A stretch of 63,968 bases of DNA, filler included, from Actinomycetota bacterium (lineage in GTDB: Bacteria; Actinomycetota; Acidimicrobiia; IMCC26256; VFJJ01): assembly GCA_009886115.1 (NCBI GenBank). It is 4 parts of 4 records of this genome, joined end to end, with 100 filler letters (N's around TTAATTAATTAA, not from the genome) between each part and the next. Parts side by side here need not be neighbours in the genome. Positions count along the whole stretch, not along the records: positions 1 to 24,921 come from VFJJ01000167.1; 3 more parts are not named here. One strand, written 5' to 3'. The position numbers and the translations under genes were made by a program. Positions 1 through 11,600 of this stretch are shown here, piece after piece (position 1 is the first letter of the stretch; each line of letters opens with the position of its first letter). The notes below the pieces were generated by a model, which saw only the letters and a program-made list of their open reading frames with translations, searched no databases and was not told where the DNA came from.

Positions 1-299
1 AGGCGGGATGAGCCAGCAGTGCCTGGCCGGGTGCGCGCAGCTCAGCGAGGCAGCCGAGCCACGAACGCCGCGACCTGCGCCACGTACTCGGTGAATCCGT
101 CGAGCGAGGTGCCCACGGCCTCGCCGTCGGCAACCGGGGCGATCTCCTGGGCCTGCTCGACGAGATCTCCCCTGTGGCCGTCGCTTCGACGAGACGGGTG
201 AGCGCTCGACGGGGATCCATGCTGTTCACGGTGCCCGTCGATCCCGGCTCCCCGAGGGTGAAACCGTGCTCAGAGTCGATATCGCTGTCGCGATGACCA

Positions 300-338
<39 letters not shown>

Positions 339-349
339 GGTGCCGACCA

Positions 350-405
350 GGCAGATCGTCGGCCGATGTTCTGGCAGATCGTCAGTGAAAGGATGGCAGA
401 TCGTC
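350..405 (+). promoter_or_regulatory. Three phased direct repeats GGCAGATCGTC, putative operator of the ATPase gene
   Basis: Exact 11-mers at 350-360, 373-383 and 395-405 (23 and 22 bp spacing), just upstream of a TAGGGT -10-like box at 415-420. Confidence 0.55.
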
Positions 406-426
406 AGGTTGCAGTAGGGTTGCGTG

Positions 427-1662
427 ATGATCTACCGCTCGCGCCAGGTCGAAGGAGTCATCGCCGAGGCGCTGGCCGACACGAGAGTCGTGATCGTGAA
501 TGGCGCCAGGCAGGCGGGCAAGAGCACGGCGGTGCATCGCCTCGTCCGTGAGCTTCCTGGCGTCATCGAGCGAAAGCTCGACCGGCCGAACGATCTCGCC
601 GCGGCGCGGCTTGACCCAACGGATTTCGTCGCTCACGACGGCTTACTGGTGATCGACGAGGTGCAGCGGGCGCCCGAACTCGTCCTTCCCATCAAAGCGC
701 GAGTCGATGCCGACAACCGGCCAGGGCAGTTCCTGCTCACCGGGTCGGCACGACTGCTGGGCCTGCGCAGCCTACCGGACGCCTTGGTTGGTCGATCTGA
801 AACGATCGAGCTCTGGCCGTTCTCCCAGGGGGAGATAGACGGAAAACCTGATCGGTTCATCGACGCCGTTTTCGAGCCTGAGGGCACACTTGTCACCTCA
901 GCGACGCTCGATCGATCGGACTACATCGAGCGCACGGTACGCGGCGGGTTTCCCGAGGCCGTCGGCCGCAGCGGGGTCCGACGGTCGCGATTTTTCGAGT
1001 CGTACGCCCGCGACCTCATCGATCGAGACATCACGCAACTCGGCGAGATCCAGCGCCGAGACGACTTGACGCGCCTGCTGTCGGTGCTTGCCGATCGAGC
1101 GGCAAGCCCTCTGTCGGTCGACGGCATCGCGAGTGGGCTGGCCATCAGCAAGAACACCGTCGAGCGCTACATAGCGCTCTTCGAGGAGGTCTTCCTGGTG
1201 AAGCGCATTCCGACGTGGACGAACTCGGCTACCACTCGCGCGACCAGGGCCCGCAAGTTGGTGTTCGTCGACTCTGGCATGTGCGCTCACCTCGCCGGGC
1301 TCACTTCCGAAGGTTTGCAACGCGATCCAGCACGTGGCGGTTCGCTGCTCGAGAATTTTGTCATCGGTGAGATCATGCGCCAGCTTGCCTGGTCCGACGC
1401 CTTTGCCCGGGTGTACCACTACAGAACCAGGGACGGTGAGGAGGTTGACGCTGTGGTCGAGCATCACGACGGCCGCCTGGTGGGCATCGAGGTGAAAGCA
1501 TCGAGCTCGGTCTCCAGCGATGACCTCCGGCATCTCCGGCACCTCCGTTCCAAGGCAGACGAGAACTTCCATCGTGGTGTGCTGCTGTACACCGGCACCC
1601 AGATCCTTCCGATGGGCGACCGGCTGATCGCGGCACCGATCGACGCGCTCTGGGAAAGCTGA
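427..1662 (+). CDS. AAA+ ATPase (AAA_14-like) with DUF4143 and C-terminal PD-(D/E)XK-like motif
   Basis: Walker A GARQAGKS, Walker B VIDEVQ, LTGS, RGGFP, and YHYRTRDGEEVD...GIEVK. ATG 427 lies 6 nt after TAGGGT; the ORF track starts at GTG 424. Confidence 0.85.
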   Translation: MIYRSRQVEGVIAEALADTRVVIVNGARQAGKSTAVHRLVRELPGVIERKLDRPNDLAAARLDPTDFVAHDGLLVIDEVQRAPELVLPIKARVDADNRPGQFLLTGSARLLGLRSLPDALVGRSETIELWPFSQGEIDGKPDRFIDAVFEPEGTLVTSATLDRSDYIERTVRGGFPEAVGRSGVRRSRFFESYARDLIDRDITQLGEIQRRDDLTRLLSVLADRAASPLSVDGIASGLAISKNTVERYIALFEEVFLVKRIPTWTNSATTRATRARKLVFVDSGMCAHLAGLTSEGLQRDPARGGSLLENFVIGEIMRQLAWSDAFARVYHYRTRDGEEVDAVVEHHDGRLVGIEVKASSSVSSDDLRHLRHLRSKADENFHRGVLLYTGTQILPMGDRLIAAPIDALWES

Positions 1663-1765
1663 TGAGACCTGCCGACTCCTCGCTCTCGCCGCCCTCGTCG
1701 TGCTGGTCAGGGAGCCGGGGGGCCAGCGGGGGGCGCCGAGCCACAGCAGGCGACCACGCCAACCC

Positions 1766-2149
1766 TCAGCGGTTGTTGGCGCGTTCCATGAAGCGGTCGC
1801 GGCTGACGATCACCCGGGTGATGCGTCCGGCACCGATGAGGCCCAGGTCGTCGTGGGCCGAGACCTTGAACGAGAGGCGTCGGCCTCGAATGGTTTCCAG
1901 CACGGCGTCGGCCCAGACCCGCTTGCCCACCGGGGTGGGGGCCACGTGCTCGAACTGCACCTGCATCCCCACGGTGGTGTCGCCGGCGTCGAGCGATGCC
2001 ACCACGGCCCGCACGCAGGCTTCCTCGACCAGCGCGACCAGGCGTGGGGTGCCGAGCACCTCGACGTCACCGCTGCCCACGGCGACCGCCGTGTCGGCGT
2101 CGGCCACCACGGTCTCGGAGGAGCCCTTCAGGCCCGGGGCGAGCGTCAC
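1766..2149 (-). CDS. Hotdog-fold thioesterase (fluoroacetyl-CoA thioesterase FlK-like)
   Basis: DTAVAVGSGDVEVLGTPRLVALVEEA and TTVG..V.FEHVAPTPVG motifs; GTG start at 2149 gives 127 aa. Confidence 0.85.
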   Translation of the reverse strand: MTLAPGLKGSSETVVADADTAVAVGSGDVEVLGTPRLVALVEEACVRAVVASLDAGDTTVGMQVQFEHVAPTPVGKRVWADAVLETIRGRRLSFKVSAHDDLGLIGAGRITRVIVSRDRFMERANNR

Positions 2150-2168
2150 GGGGCGTACGATAACCCCT
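2150..2168. promoter_or_regulatory. Overlapping divergent -10 boxes (bidirectional leaderless promoter)
   Basis: TACGAT (+, 2156-2161) lies 7 nt before GTG 2169; TATCGT (-, 2162-2157) lies 7 nt before GTG 2149. Confidence 0.55.
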
Positions 2169-3557
2169 GTGATCGACGCTTCCGTTCTCGAACGTGTCCT
2201 GGCCGCCGCTTTGCGAACCGGTGGCGACTTCGCCGAGGTGTTCGCCGAGGACCGGTTGGTCTCGAGCGCACAGCTCGACGACGGCAAGGTCGAGGAGTTC
2301 ACCTCGGGCCGCGAGCGGGGCGCCGGGATCCGTGTGATCCGGGGCGCCAGCACGGGTTTCGCCCACACCGCCGACCTCAGTGAGGTGGGTCTGCGAGAGG
2401 CGGCGGCGGCTGCCGCAGCGGCAGCCGAGGGTGGGGGCGCCGGTACGAAGACCGTGGGCCTGACCCGCCGGACGGTCGTGCGCACCCACGACATCGCCAC
2501 CTTCCCCGAGACGATCGGCAAGCGGGACAAGGCCGAGATGCTGCTTCGGGCCGACGTGGCCGCCCGGGCCGAAGGCTCGGCGATCGAACAGGTCTCGGCG
2601 GGCTACGCCGATTCGCGCCGGAAGATCCTGGTGGCCAACTCCGACGGGCTCCTGGCCGAGGACGACCAGGTACGCGTCCGGTTCTCGGTGAGCTGCGTGG
2701 CCGTGGGCGACAGCGGGCGTCAGTCGGCGTTCGAGGGTCCCGGCGGCACCATCGGCTTCGAGTTCTTCGACCGCTACCCCCCCGAAGAGACCGCCCGCCT
2801 GGCCGCCCGGCGGGCCATCACGCTCCTCGACGCCCGCCCGGCGCCGTCGGGTGAGCTGCCGATCGTGCTCGAACGGGGCGCCGGCGGGGTGATGTTCCAC
2901 GAGGCCTGCGGGCACGGGCTCGAAGCCGACCTCGTGGGCCGCGACGCCTCGGTCTTCAAGGGGCGCTTGGGCCAACAGGTCGCGTCGCCGCTCGTGACCA
3001 TCATCGACGACGGCACGTTCGCCGAGGAGTGGGGCACGTACGCCATCGACGACGAGGGCCAGACCGCACAGCGCAACGTGCTCATCGAGAACGGCATTCT
3101 CACCGACTACATGTGGGATCTCGTGCGAGCCCGCCGTGAGGGCCGTCCGTCGAGCGGCAACGGGCGCCGCCAGACGTACCAGTACCTCCCCATGGTCCGC
3201 ATGACCAACACCTACCTGCCCCGGGGCGAGACCGACCCGGCCGACATCATCAGCGACACGCCCTACGGGGTCTACTGCGTGCAGCTCGGCGGAGGCTCGG
3301 TCGACACGGCCAGCGGCGACTTCGTGTTCGGGGTCACCGAGGCCTACCTCATCGAGGACGGCAAGATCACCGCTCCGTTGCGCCAGGCCCAGCTCATCGG
3401 CAACGGTCCCGAGGTGCTCACGCTCATCGACGCCGTCGGCAACGACTTCGCCACCTGGCCCGGCACCTGCGGCAAGGACGGTCAGGGCGTGCCGGTGTCG
3501 TCGGGCCAGCCCACCCTGCGCATCGCTCGCATGACCATGGGCGGGACCGCATCGTGA
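2169..3557 (+). CDS. tldD: TldD metalloprotease subunit
   Basis: GGDFAEVFAE N-terminus, FHEACGHGLEAD metal motif, PMVRMTNTY and GTCGKDGQGVPV; start re-assigned to GTG 2169. Confidence 0.93.
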   Translation: MIDASVLERVLAAALRTGGDFAEVFAEDRLVSSAQLDDGKVEEFTSGRERGAGIRVIRGASTGFAHTADLSEVGLREAAAAAAAAAEGGGAGTKTVGLTRRTVVRTHDIATFPETIGKRDKAEMLLRADVAARAEGSAIEQVSAGYADSRRKILVANSDGLLAEDDQVRVRFSVSCVAVGDSGRQSAFEGPGGTIGFEFFDRYPPEETARLAARRAITLLDARPAPSGELPIVLERGAGGVMFHEACGHGLEADLVGRDASVFKGRLGQQVASPLVTIIDDGTFAEEWGTYAIDDEGQTAQRNVLIENGILTDYMWDLVRARREGRPSSGNGRRQTYQYLPMVRMTNTYLPRGETDPADIISDTPYGVYCVQLGGGSVDTASGDFVFGVTEAYLIEDGKITAPLRQAQLIGNGPEVLTLIDAVGNDFATWPGTCGKDGQGVPVSSGQPTLRIARMTMGGTAS

Positions 3558-4918
3558 GCGTCGGAGCGGGTGTCGACCTGGAGGCGCTCGCCGCGCGGGT
3601 GGTCGCGAACGCGAGGCCCGGCGAGCAGGTCGAGACGTACGTGGTCCGCAGCCGCGAGACCGAGGTGAAGGTGTTCGGGGGCCACGTGGAGTCGGTGTCG
3701 GTGGCCGGCGTCCAGGGCGCGGGCATCCGCGTGATCATCGGCGGGTGCCAGGGCTACGCCTGGGCCGGATCGCTCGACGCCGACGTCGTGCTCGAGACCC
3801 TGGCCGAGGCCCGCGACAACGCCGGGTTCGGGACCCCCGACGAGCACATCGGGCTGGCCACACGCGAGGAGGCGGCGTCGGTCGGGGCCGTCGAGGGGCT
3901 CGATCTCTGGCGAGACGACCTGGCCTCGATCACCACCGAGGCCAAGGTGGCCCTGGCGCTCGACCTCGAACGTCGCGCCCTCGGGCTCGACACCCGCGTG
4001 CGTGGGGTGGAGTCGGCCGAGTACGGCGACTCGATGGTGGAATCCGCGATCGCCAACTCGCTGGGGCTGGCCTCCGCGGCGCGTCGGACCACGGCGTCGT
4101 GCTCGGTCGTCACCATGGCCGGCGAGGGCTCCGAGACCCGCACGGCGTACGGGTTCTCGGCCGGACGCACGTTCGGCGACCTCGATCCCGACCAGGCTGC
4201 CCGCGACGCCGTCGAGCGTACCGTTCGGATCCTCGGCGGCCGCAAGGTCCCGAGCGCCAAGCTGCCGGTGATCGTCGACCCGCTCGTGTGCACGTCGCTG
4301 CTCGGGCTCTACGGCGCGGCGCTCAACGGCGAGGGGATCATCAAGGGGCGCTCGATGTTCGCCGGTCGCGACGGTGAGCGCGTCGGTGGCGACGCGATCA
4401 CCCTGGTCGACGATCCCACCGAGCCCAGGGCCTTCGGGGCGTCGCCGTTCGACAGCGAGGGCATCCCGACCCGGCGCACCCCGCTGATCGTTGACGGGAT
4501 GCTGCGGGGCTTCCTCCACAACGTGTACACGGGCCGACGCTCGGGGGCGGGCACCACCGGTTCGGCCGTGCGGGGCTTCAAGAGCGCTCCTGGCGTCGGG
4601 GCCCGGGCCCTGCGGCTGACGCCGGGCAACCGCACGCTCGCCGAGCTCATGAGCGACGCCGGCGAGGCCCTCTACGTGCAGTCGGTGTCGGGTCTGCACT
4701 CGGGCACCAACATCGTGAGCGGCGATTTCTCGGTGGGTGCGGTGGGCCTCATGATCCGAGACGGCGTGCTCGCCGAGCCGGTCCGTGAGGTCACCATCGC
4801 CTCGACCCTCCAGCGGATCCTGCTCGACCTCACGGTCGGCTCCGACGAGGTGTGGCTCCCCGGCTCGGCCGTCGGCGTGCCGCTGCTCGTGGGCGAGATG
4901 GCCCTCAGCGGGAGCTGA
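3554..4918 (+). CDS. pmbA: PmbA/TldE subunit
   Basis: GTGA overlap with tldD; FDSEG, LHSGTNIVSGDFS and EVTIAS motifs; no HExxH. Confidence 0.9.
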   Translation: MSVGAGVDLEALAARVVANARPGEQVETYVVRSRETEVKVFGGHVESVSVAGVQGAGIRVIIGGCQGYAWAGSLDADVVLETLAEARDNAGFGTPDEHIGLATREEAASVGAVEGLDLWRDDLASITTEAKVALALDLERRALGLDTRVRGVESAEYGDSMVESAIANSLGLASAARRTTASCSVVTMAGEGSETRTAYGFSAGRTFGDLDPDQAARDAVERTVRILGGRKVPSAKLPVIVDPLVCTSLLGLYGAALNGEGIIKGRSMFAGRDGERVGGDAITLVDDPTEPRAFGASPFDSEGIPTRRTPLIVDGMLRGFLHNVYTGRRSGAGTTGSAVRGFKSAPGVGARALRLTPGNRTLAELMSDAGEALYVQSVSGLHSGTNIVSGDFSVGAVGLMIRDGVLAEPVREVTIASTLQRILLDLTVGSDEVWLPGSAVGVPLLVGEMALSGS

Positions 4919-4966
4919 ACCCGCCGACCGCCGCCGTCGCCCGCCGTCGCCCGCCGACCCGGGGGG

Positions 4967-5620
4967 TCAGCTCTCGATGAGTACGGCCTCGATGGCGGCG
5001 ATGGCCGCGCTGATGTCGTGGTCGACGTGGATCGCTCGCATGCCGACGCTGCGGGCGGCCTCGACGTTGGGCTCGACATCGTCGAGGAACAGGCACACGG
5101 TGGGGTCGAGGTCGAGCCGAGCCGCGGTGAGCTCGTAGATGGCCCGCTCGGGCTTGCGCATCCCGACATGCGACGAGTCGACGATGACGTCGACCTCCTG
5201 CGCCGGGAACGACGCCTTCCAGTACTCGCCGAACTCCATGATGTTGTTGGTGAGGATGGCCGTCCGGTACCCACGGGCCTTGACCGAGCGGATGCAGTGC
5301 ACCATCTCCCAGTAGACGCCCCCACCGCCGCCGCCCAGTGCCCGCAAGCCCCCGAGGTCGATGTCGCCGAACCGCTCCCGGCTGCGGATCTCGAGGCGGG
5401 CCAGGTAGCCGCTCAGCTCGAGGCGTCCCTTCTCGAGGAGGTGCCAGTCGTGCTCGCCGCTGGCGGCGGGGCCGTCGCCGTGCGCGTACGAGGCGCCGAA
5501 GAACAGCTCAGAGAGCGATCCCGCGGGGATCCCCAGCTCGGCCTCGGTCCGGGTGAGACCCGTGAACGGCGATGGGCAGATGACGCCGCCGTAGTCCCAG
5601 ATGACCGCCTCGATGCTCAT
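4967..5620 (-). CDS. HAD-superfamily phosphatase
   Basis: AVIWDYGGV (motif I), ILTNN, GMRKP and FLDD motifs. Confidence 0.9.
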   Translation of the reverse strand: MSIEAVIWDYGGVICPSPFTGLTRTEAELGIPAGSLSELFFGASYAHGDGPAASGEHDWHLLEKGRLELSGYLARLEIRSRERFGDIDLGGLRALGGGGGGVYWEMVHCIRSVKARGYRTAILTNNIMEFGEYWKASFPAQEVDVIVDSSHVGMRKPERAIYELTAARLDLDPTVCLFLDDVEPNVEAARSVGMRAIHVDHDISAAIAAIEAVLIES

Positions 5621-5630
5621 CGCGCCGACG

Positions 5631-8600
5631 TTACCGTCGAGCGGAGACCCTCGCGTGGGTCTCGGCCAGCAGCTCGTCGAGCCGTGCCGCGACGACGCTC
5701 ACGTTGGGGGGCTCGAACATCTTGTAGTGGTCGCCCGGGATGTCACGGATCTCGAGATGGTCGGCAAGGCGTCCCCAGCCCCGGTCGCGAGGCGAGAGGA
5801 AGTCGCGTGATGCCAGCTCGGACGAGCGCAACAGGACGACCGCCCCGGGGTACGAACTGATCTTGTACGAGTTGAGCGCCTGGAACGTGGCCTTGGTGAC
5901 GACCGCCCGCAGGCGGCGGCGCTCGTCGCGTGCCGCGATCTCCTCGTCGTAGTCGTCGCTGGGATCGTCGAGCTCGCGCAACGCGACGTCGGCCATCGGC
6001 TCCCGGCGCCGGAGCCGGTCGATGAGCGCCCTGAGCTCGGCCGGGTTGGTGACGCTGCGAGCCAGCTTGTAGGCCGCCCGTCCGGCCCAGTACATGCGCA
6101 GGCCGGGCCGGTACGTATCGAACAGGACGAACAGCTCGACCTCGTTGCCCTGGCGGATGAGCTGCTGGGCCATCTCGAAGGCGATGACCCCACCGCCCGA
6201 GTAGCCGCCGAGCTGGTAGGGGCCCTCGGGCTGGACCCGCCGGAGCTCACCCAGGTACCGAGCGGCCATGGTCTCGATCCGGTTGAGGGGCGTTTCGCTG
6301 CGGGCCGAGCCCAACGCCCGGATGCCGTAGAAGGGTTGATCGGCGTCGATGAGCATCGCCAACGGGGCGAAGCTGAGCACCTCGCCGCCGGCGCCGTGCA
6401 CGCAGAAGAACGGGAGGCGCGTGCCCGACGGCTTGATGGGAACGAGCAGGCTCCCCAGCAGTGAAGGGGCCGATCCGGCCGGTGCGGCGCGCTGAGCCAC
6501 CAAGGGCGTCTCCTGGGCCAGGGCCGCCAGGACCGACTCCGGTGCCCGCTCCCTGATCGCAGCGGCGAGATCGCCGACCGTGGGTGCGCTGAACAGCGTC
6601 GAGAGGGTGAAATCGACCTGGTAGGTGCGCCGAACACGGCTGAAGAGCCTGACCGCGATGAGCGAGTGTCCCCCGAGGTCGAAGAAGTTGTCGTCGACAC
6701 CGACGTCGGCCACCCCGAGCAACTCGCTCCACGCGTCGAGCAGGGTGGCCTCGATCGGATCACTCGACCGAGGCGACGCCGCATCGTCAGCCGCTTCGCT
6801 GTTCACCGACGCGGCGGCCGGCCGGTGGGCGTCGTCGATGCGCCGGGCCACGTCGTTCACGTCGATCGACGTGATCAGCCATCGCCGGTCGTGCTCGTCG
6901 TAGCTCGCGGTGTCGCCGCCGTCGGCAGTGCCGGTCGCCGGGGCTGCCTCCGAGGCCATGTGCACGAGGATGCGCTCGATGGCGTCGGTGCCCTCCGCAC
7001 GGGTGATGCCCAGCGACACCGGTACCAGCTGGTCGCCACCCGCGGCCGGGCCGGCGGTGTTGGCGGCCATGCCGATCGATGCGGTCGGGGTCTCGCTCAG
7101 GAGCGCAACGTCGGCGACGCGCCGAACCGTGAACTCCTCGATGTCGACGAGCACCCGTCCGTCCTCGTCGCAGATGCTCACGTCGAACGACGCGCTGTCG
7201 AGGGTGGCGTCGGGCCGGAGTCGGATGTGGCTGAACACGGTGCCGGCGAGCCGGTCGTGGAACGTGACCTGCGCGGCCCCGATGGGCACCACGAGCCGGT
7301 CGTCGTCGGCGTAGCCGGGCACGAGCGCCAGGGCGACGCCGGTGGCCATGTCGAGCAGGGCCGGATGGGCCACGAAGCCCGTGTCGGCGTTCCCCGGTGC
7401 CCCGGGTCCCTCGTGTCCCTCGGGGAGCGCGAGCGCGGCCAGGGCCTCGCCGTCACCCAGGCGCAGCGAGTCGACGCACCGGAAACGGGGTCCGAAGCGG
7501 ATGTGGGCGGCCTGGTGGTTGTAGTCCTCGAGATCGCCGCGCAGCACGGTGGGGAGTCGGCGGCGTAGGTCTTCGAGGTCGATGTCGACGGGACGGTCGG
7601 CGTGCTCGACGAACGAGGCTGATCCGAACGCGTGCTCACGCCCGCTGGGGCTGCTCTGGATCGACCATGCCAGAGCACCGTGCTCGCTCCGGGTCGAGAC
7701 GACCAGATCGGCGGCCGAGCCGTCGGGCACGAGCAACGCGGCGACGAACCACACGTCGGACAGTCGCCACACGCCGGTCCCGGGCTGAGCCTCGAGCGTC
7801 GCGGCAGGTTCGGACAGCGCAGCCACGGCGAGCTCGAGGTAGGCCGTGCCCGGCAGCACCGGCGGACCGTTGAGCAGTCGGTGCTCATCGAGGGCCCAGG
7901 TCGTGGCCGGCGACAGATGCGCCCGGGCCACGAGCGTCTCGCCGGTGCGGGCCACGTCGGCGAGCATCGGATGCATCGACGGCCGGGGGTCGTCGCCCAT
8001 CGGGACGGGTGTCCGGCCGGCCATGCCCACGCCGTTCCAGACCCCCCAGTCGACGGCCACGAACGGCGCTCCCTGCGATGCGACGAAGGCATCGAGGAAG
8101 GCGTTGGCCGCCGCGTACGCGAATTGTCCCGGCAGCCCGAGCCGGGCGCTGGTCGAGGAGCAGACGACGAACAGGTCGAGATGCGTGCGATCGACGGCCT
8201 CGGCCAGGTGCTCGGTGGCCGCGACCTTGGGGGCCAGCACGGCGTGCATCCGCTCCGGTGTCGTCGACGCGATCGGGGCGTCGTCGAGCGTGCCGGCCGC
8301 GTGGAACACGCCGTTGATCGGGCCGATCGTGGCCACGACGTCGTCGACGAGTGCCCGAACGGCCGCGGCGTCGGTGAGGTCGGCGACCTTCACGTGTACA
8401 GCGGCGCCGTCGACGGCGAGGGCCCGGGCCTCGACGACGGCCTCGGCCGGCGCGCGTCGACCCACCAGCACCAACTGGGCACGGCAGCGTTCGGCCAGCC
8501 ACCGGGCCAGGACGAGACCGATCCCGCCGAGCCCACCAGTGACGACGTACACGCCGCGTTCACGCAGCGGGAGCCCGTCGACGAACGAGCCGCTCGGGAC

Positions 8601-11600
8601 GGTCTCGCTCCCCGGCTCGGCCGCGCTCGTCGGCGCCAGGGTGACGGCCTCGAGCTCTCCGACGAAACGGCGGCCCCCGGGTCGAAGCGCGACCTCGGCG
8701 CCCTCTGCGGGTCCGATGAACTCGGCAATGAGCTCGTCGAGGCAGCCGACGGGATCGGCCGCTGCGACATCGACCGAGACCACACTGATCCACGGGGCTT
8801 CGCGGGGTACGACCCTGATGGCTGCGGCGGGCATGATCTGGCGAGGCGCGCTGACGGGTGTGCCCCCGGCCGAGCGGGCGCCCACGGTGCACACGACCAG
8901 GCGCACCGGCCGGCTGTCGTCGTCGACGAGCTGGCGGGCCAGGAACAGGGTCGAGTCGATGCCGATGGCCGCATCGACGACCACGCCGATGGGCTCGACC
9001 GAGTCGGCGTCGAGCGGCAATGGCTCGCCCGGACCGATCAGGGTCGCTGAGAGGCCGGCCACGAGCCCGCTCACGAGCGGACCGTCGGCGGATGCCGATA
9101 CGACGAACCAGGAGGTGGGTCTCGTCGCACACGCAGTCGTCGAGGCTCCCGACGTTCGACGTGCGCCGTCTCGGGCCGACGACGGTCGCTGATGCTCGAC
9201 CCACACCGGTCGCCAGCCCCACTGCGACACGTCGTCGATGCGCCGGAGCGCGGCGGGCGTCGAGCTCGCGGATCGGCCGGCGCCGGGCTGCTCGACGGTG
9301 ACTCGACCGGGCTCGACCCAATGACGCTGGCGGTCGAAGGCGTAGGTGGGCAGCGGGACGCGCCGGCCGGGACGGGCCGAGTGCAGTGCTGTCCAGTCGA
9401 CGTCGACACCGCTGGCCCACAGACGCCCGAGGGCGCCGAGGGTGTGACCGAGGTCGGAGATCGTGTCGTCGGGATGTCGGAGGCTGGCGACGACGGCCCT
9501 GCTGGGGTTGGGTTGCTGGCGCACGAACGAGCTGAGGGCGTGTCCCGGCCCGACCTCCACGAAGACCCGCTGGGGGGTGTCGGCGCTGAGCGTCGCGATG
9601 CCGTCGGCGAAGCGGACGGTCTCTCGCAGGTGGCGCGTCCAGTAGTCGGGGCTGGTGGCCTGCTCGTCGGTGATCCAGGTACCGGTGAGGTTCGACACGA
9701 ACGGCCGCTGCGGCGCGAGCAACGACACGGCGGCGAAGCCGGCCCGGAACTCGTCGAGGACAGGGTCGAGCATCGGCGAGTGCGGGGCGATGGCCAGCGG
9801 TACCCGACGTACCTCGATGCCCTGCTCGGCGAGGAGGCGCTCGGCGATGGCGATGGCGTCGGCCCGTCCCGACACCACGCATTGGGACGGGGCGTTGACC
9901 GTGGCGACCGCCACCCCTTCGGGGAGGAGACCGGCGACCTCGTGCTCGGGCAGGGGGACGGCGAGCATCCCGCCGTCGCCGGCGACGCGCTCGAAGAGCC
10001 GGGCCCGCAGCATCACGATCTCCAGGGCGTCGCCCAGGCTCATGACCCCGGCGAGGCACGCGGCGACGTACTCGCCGAGGCTGTGGCCGGTCATGGCGTC
10101 GGCCTCGACGCCCCACGAGCGCAGCAGCCGGGCCGTGGCCCAGCTCGTTGTGAAGACCGCAGGCAGGCTGTACATGGCCCGCTCGATGGTCGTCGCCACC
10201 TCGGCCCGTCCGATGTCGTCGACGTCAGCGGCGGGGAACATCAAGCGCCGCAGGGTCGCCGCGCCACCCTCGACGAGGGGGTCGAGCAGACTGAGGCACT
10301 CGTCGATCCCGGCCCTGTACTCGGGCAGATGGTGGTAGAGCTCGGCGCCCATCCCCGGGTATTGCGCGCCACCGCCGGGGAACATGAACACCACCGACGC
10401 CGTGGTGGCGTCGAGCGGCACGGTCGCGGTCGCGACCCGCCGGGGGTCGAGCGGCGCGAGCAGGTTGACGGCCTCGGCGCTCGAACGGGCCGCGACGGTC
10501 CGACGCCGCGCGAAGCTGTCGCGTCCCATCTGCAGGGTCCAGGCCACGTCGGCCAGGTCGGCCTCGGGGTGCTCTCGCAGCCAGGTGGCGAGCCGAGCCG
10601 TCGAGGCGTCGAGCGCAGTGTCGGTCTTGGCCGATACCACGAGGAGCTGCGTGGGCAGCACCTCGCCGGTACGGACGGGCGGCTCGGGGGCCTCCTCGAG
10701 CACCGCGTGGGCGTTGGTTCCGCCCACCCCGAGCGACGACACCCCGGCCCGTCGGGGGTGGTCGGGCGCTTCCACCCATTTCGCCGGCTCGCTGCTCACG
10801 ACGAAGGGGGTCGACGGGAAGTCGATGAGCGGATTGGGGGCCTCGAAGTTGGCGAGCGGAGGCAGGATCCGATGTTCGAGCGCCAGCGCGGTCTTGATCA
10901 CGCTGGCCACCCCGGCCGCGGTGTCGAGATGGCCGATGTTGGCCTTGGTCGAGCCCAGCCGGCAGAACGCCGTGGCGTCGGTGCCCATCCGGAACGCCTG
11001 GGTGAGCGCCGCCACCTCGATGGGATCGCCGATGTTGGTCCCGGTGCCGTGGGCCTCGACGTACTCGATCGTGCCCGGCTCGACACCGGCGACGGCCTGG
11101 GCCTCGACCACGACGCTGGCGTGACCGTCGACGCTCGGCGCCAGGAAGCTGACCTTGTCGGAGCCGTCATTGTTCACGGCGGTGGCCTTGATGACGGCGT
11201 GGACGTGGTCGCCGTCGCGCAGCGCGTCGGCCAGCCGGCGCAGCACCACGATCCCGACCCCGCTCGTGAGGACCGTGCCTGCAGAGCGGGCCTCGAAGGG
11301 GCGGCAGTACCCGTCGGGAGCGAGGATCTCTCCGTCTTGGTAGGTGTAACCCTGACGGTGGGGGATCTCGATCGTGACGCCTCCGGCGAGCGCCAGGTCG
11401 CACTCCCCGCCGAGCAGGCTCTGCGCCGCGAGATGGATGGCCACGAGCGAGGTCGAGCAGGCAGTCTGGATGTTGACGCTCGGACCCTTCAGGTTCAGCA
11501 GGTACGACGCCTGCGTGGTGAGGAAGTCCTTGTCGTTGCCCGTGTGCCGGAGCAGGAACCATCCCACCGACGCCACGAGCTGCGGGTTCGTGAGCAGGTT

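Noticed and set aside
1662..2168. Long N-terminal extensions in the ORF track (tldD, MTAP, FmdB, moaA, cyclase, integrase 32599, argS, kaiB)
   Set aside because: They overlap neighbouring genes or att sites; family N-termini and promoter/SD positions support the later starts.
2169..4918. tldD/pmbA as part of a RiPP cluster with the PKS
   Set aside because: No precursor peptide or YcaO gene is visible; TldDE are widespread housekeeping proteases.
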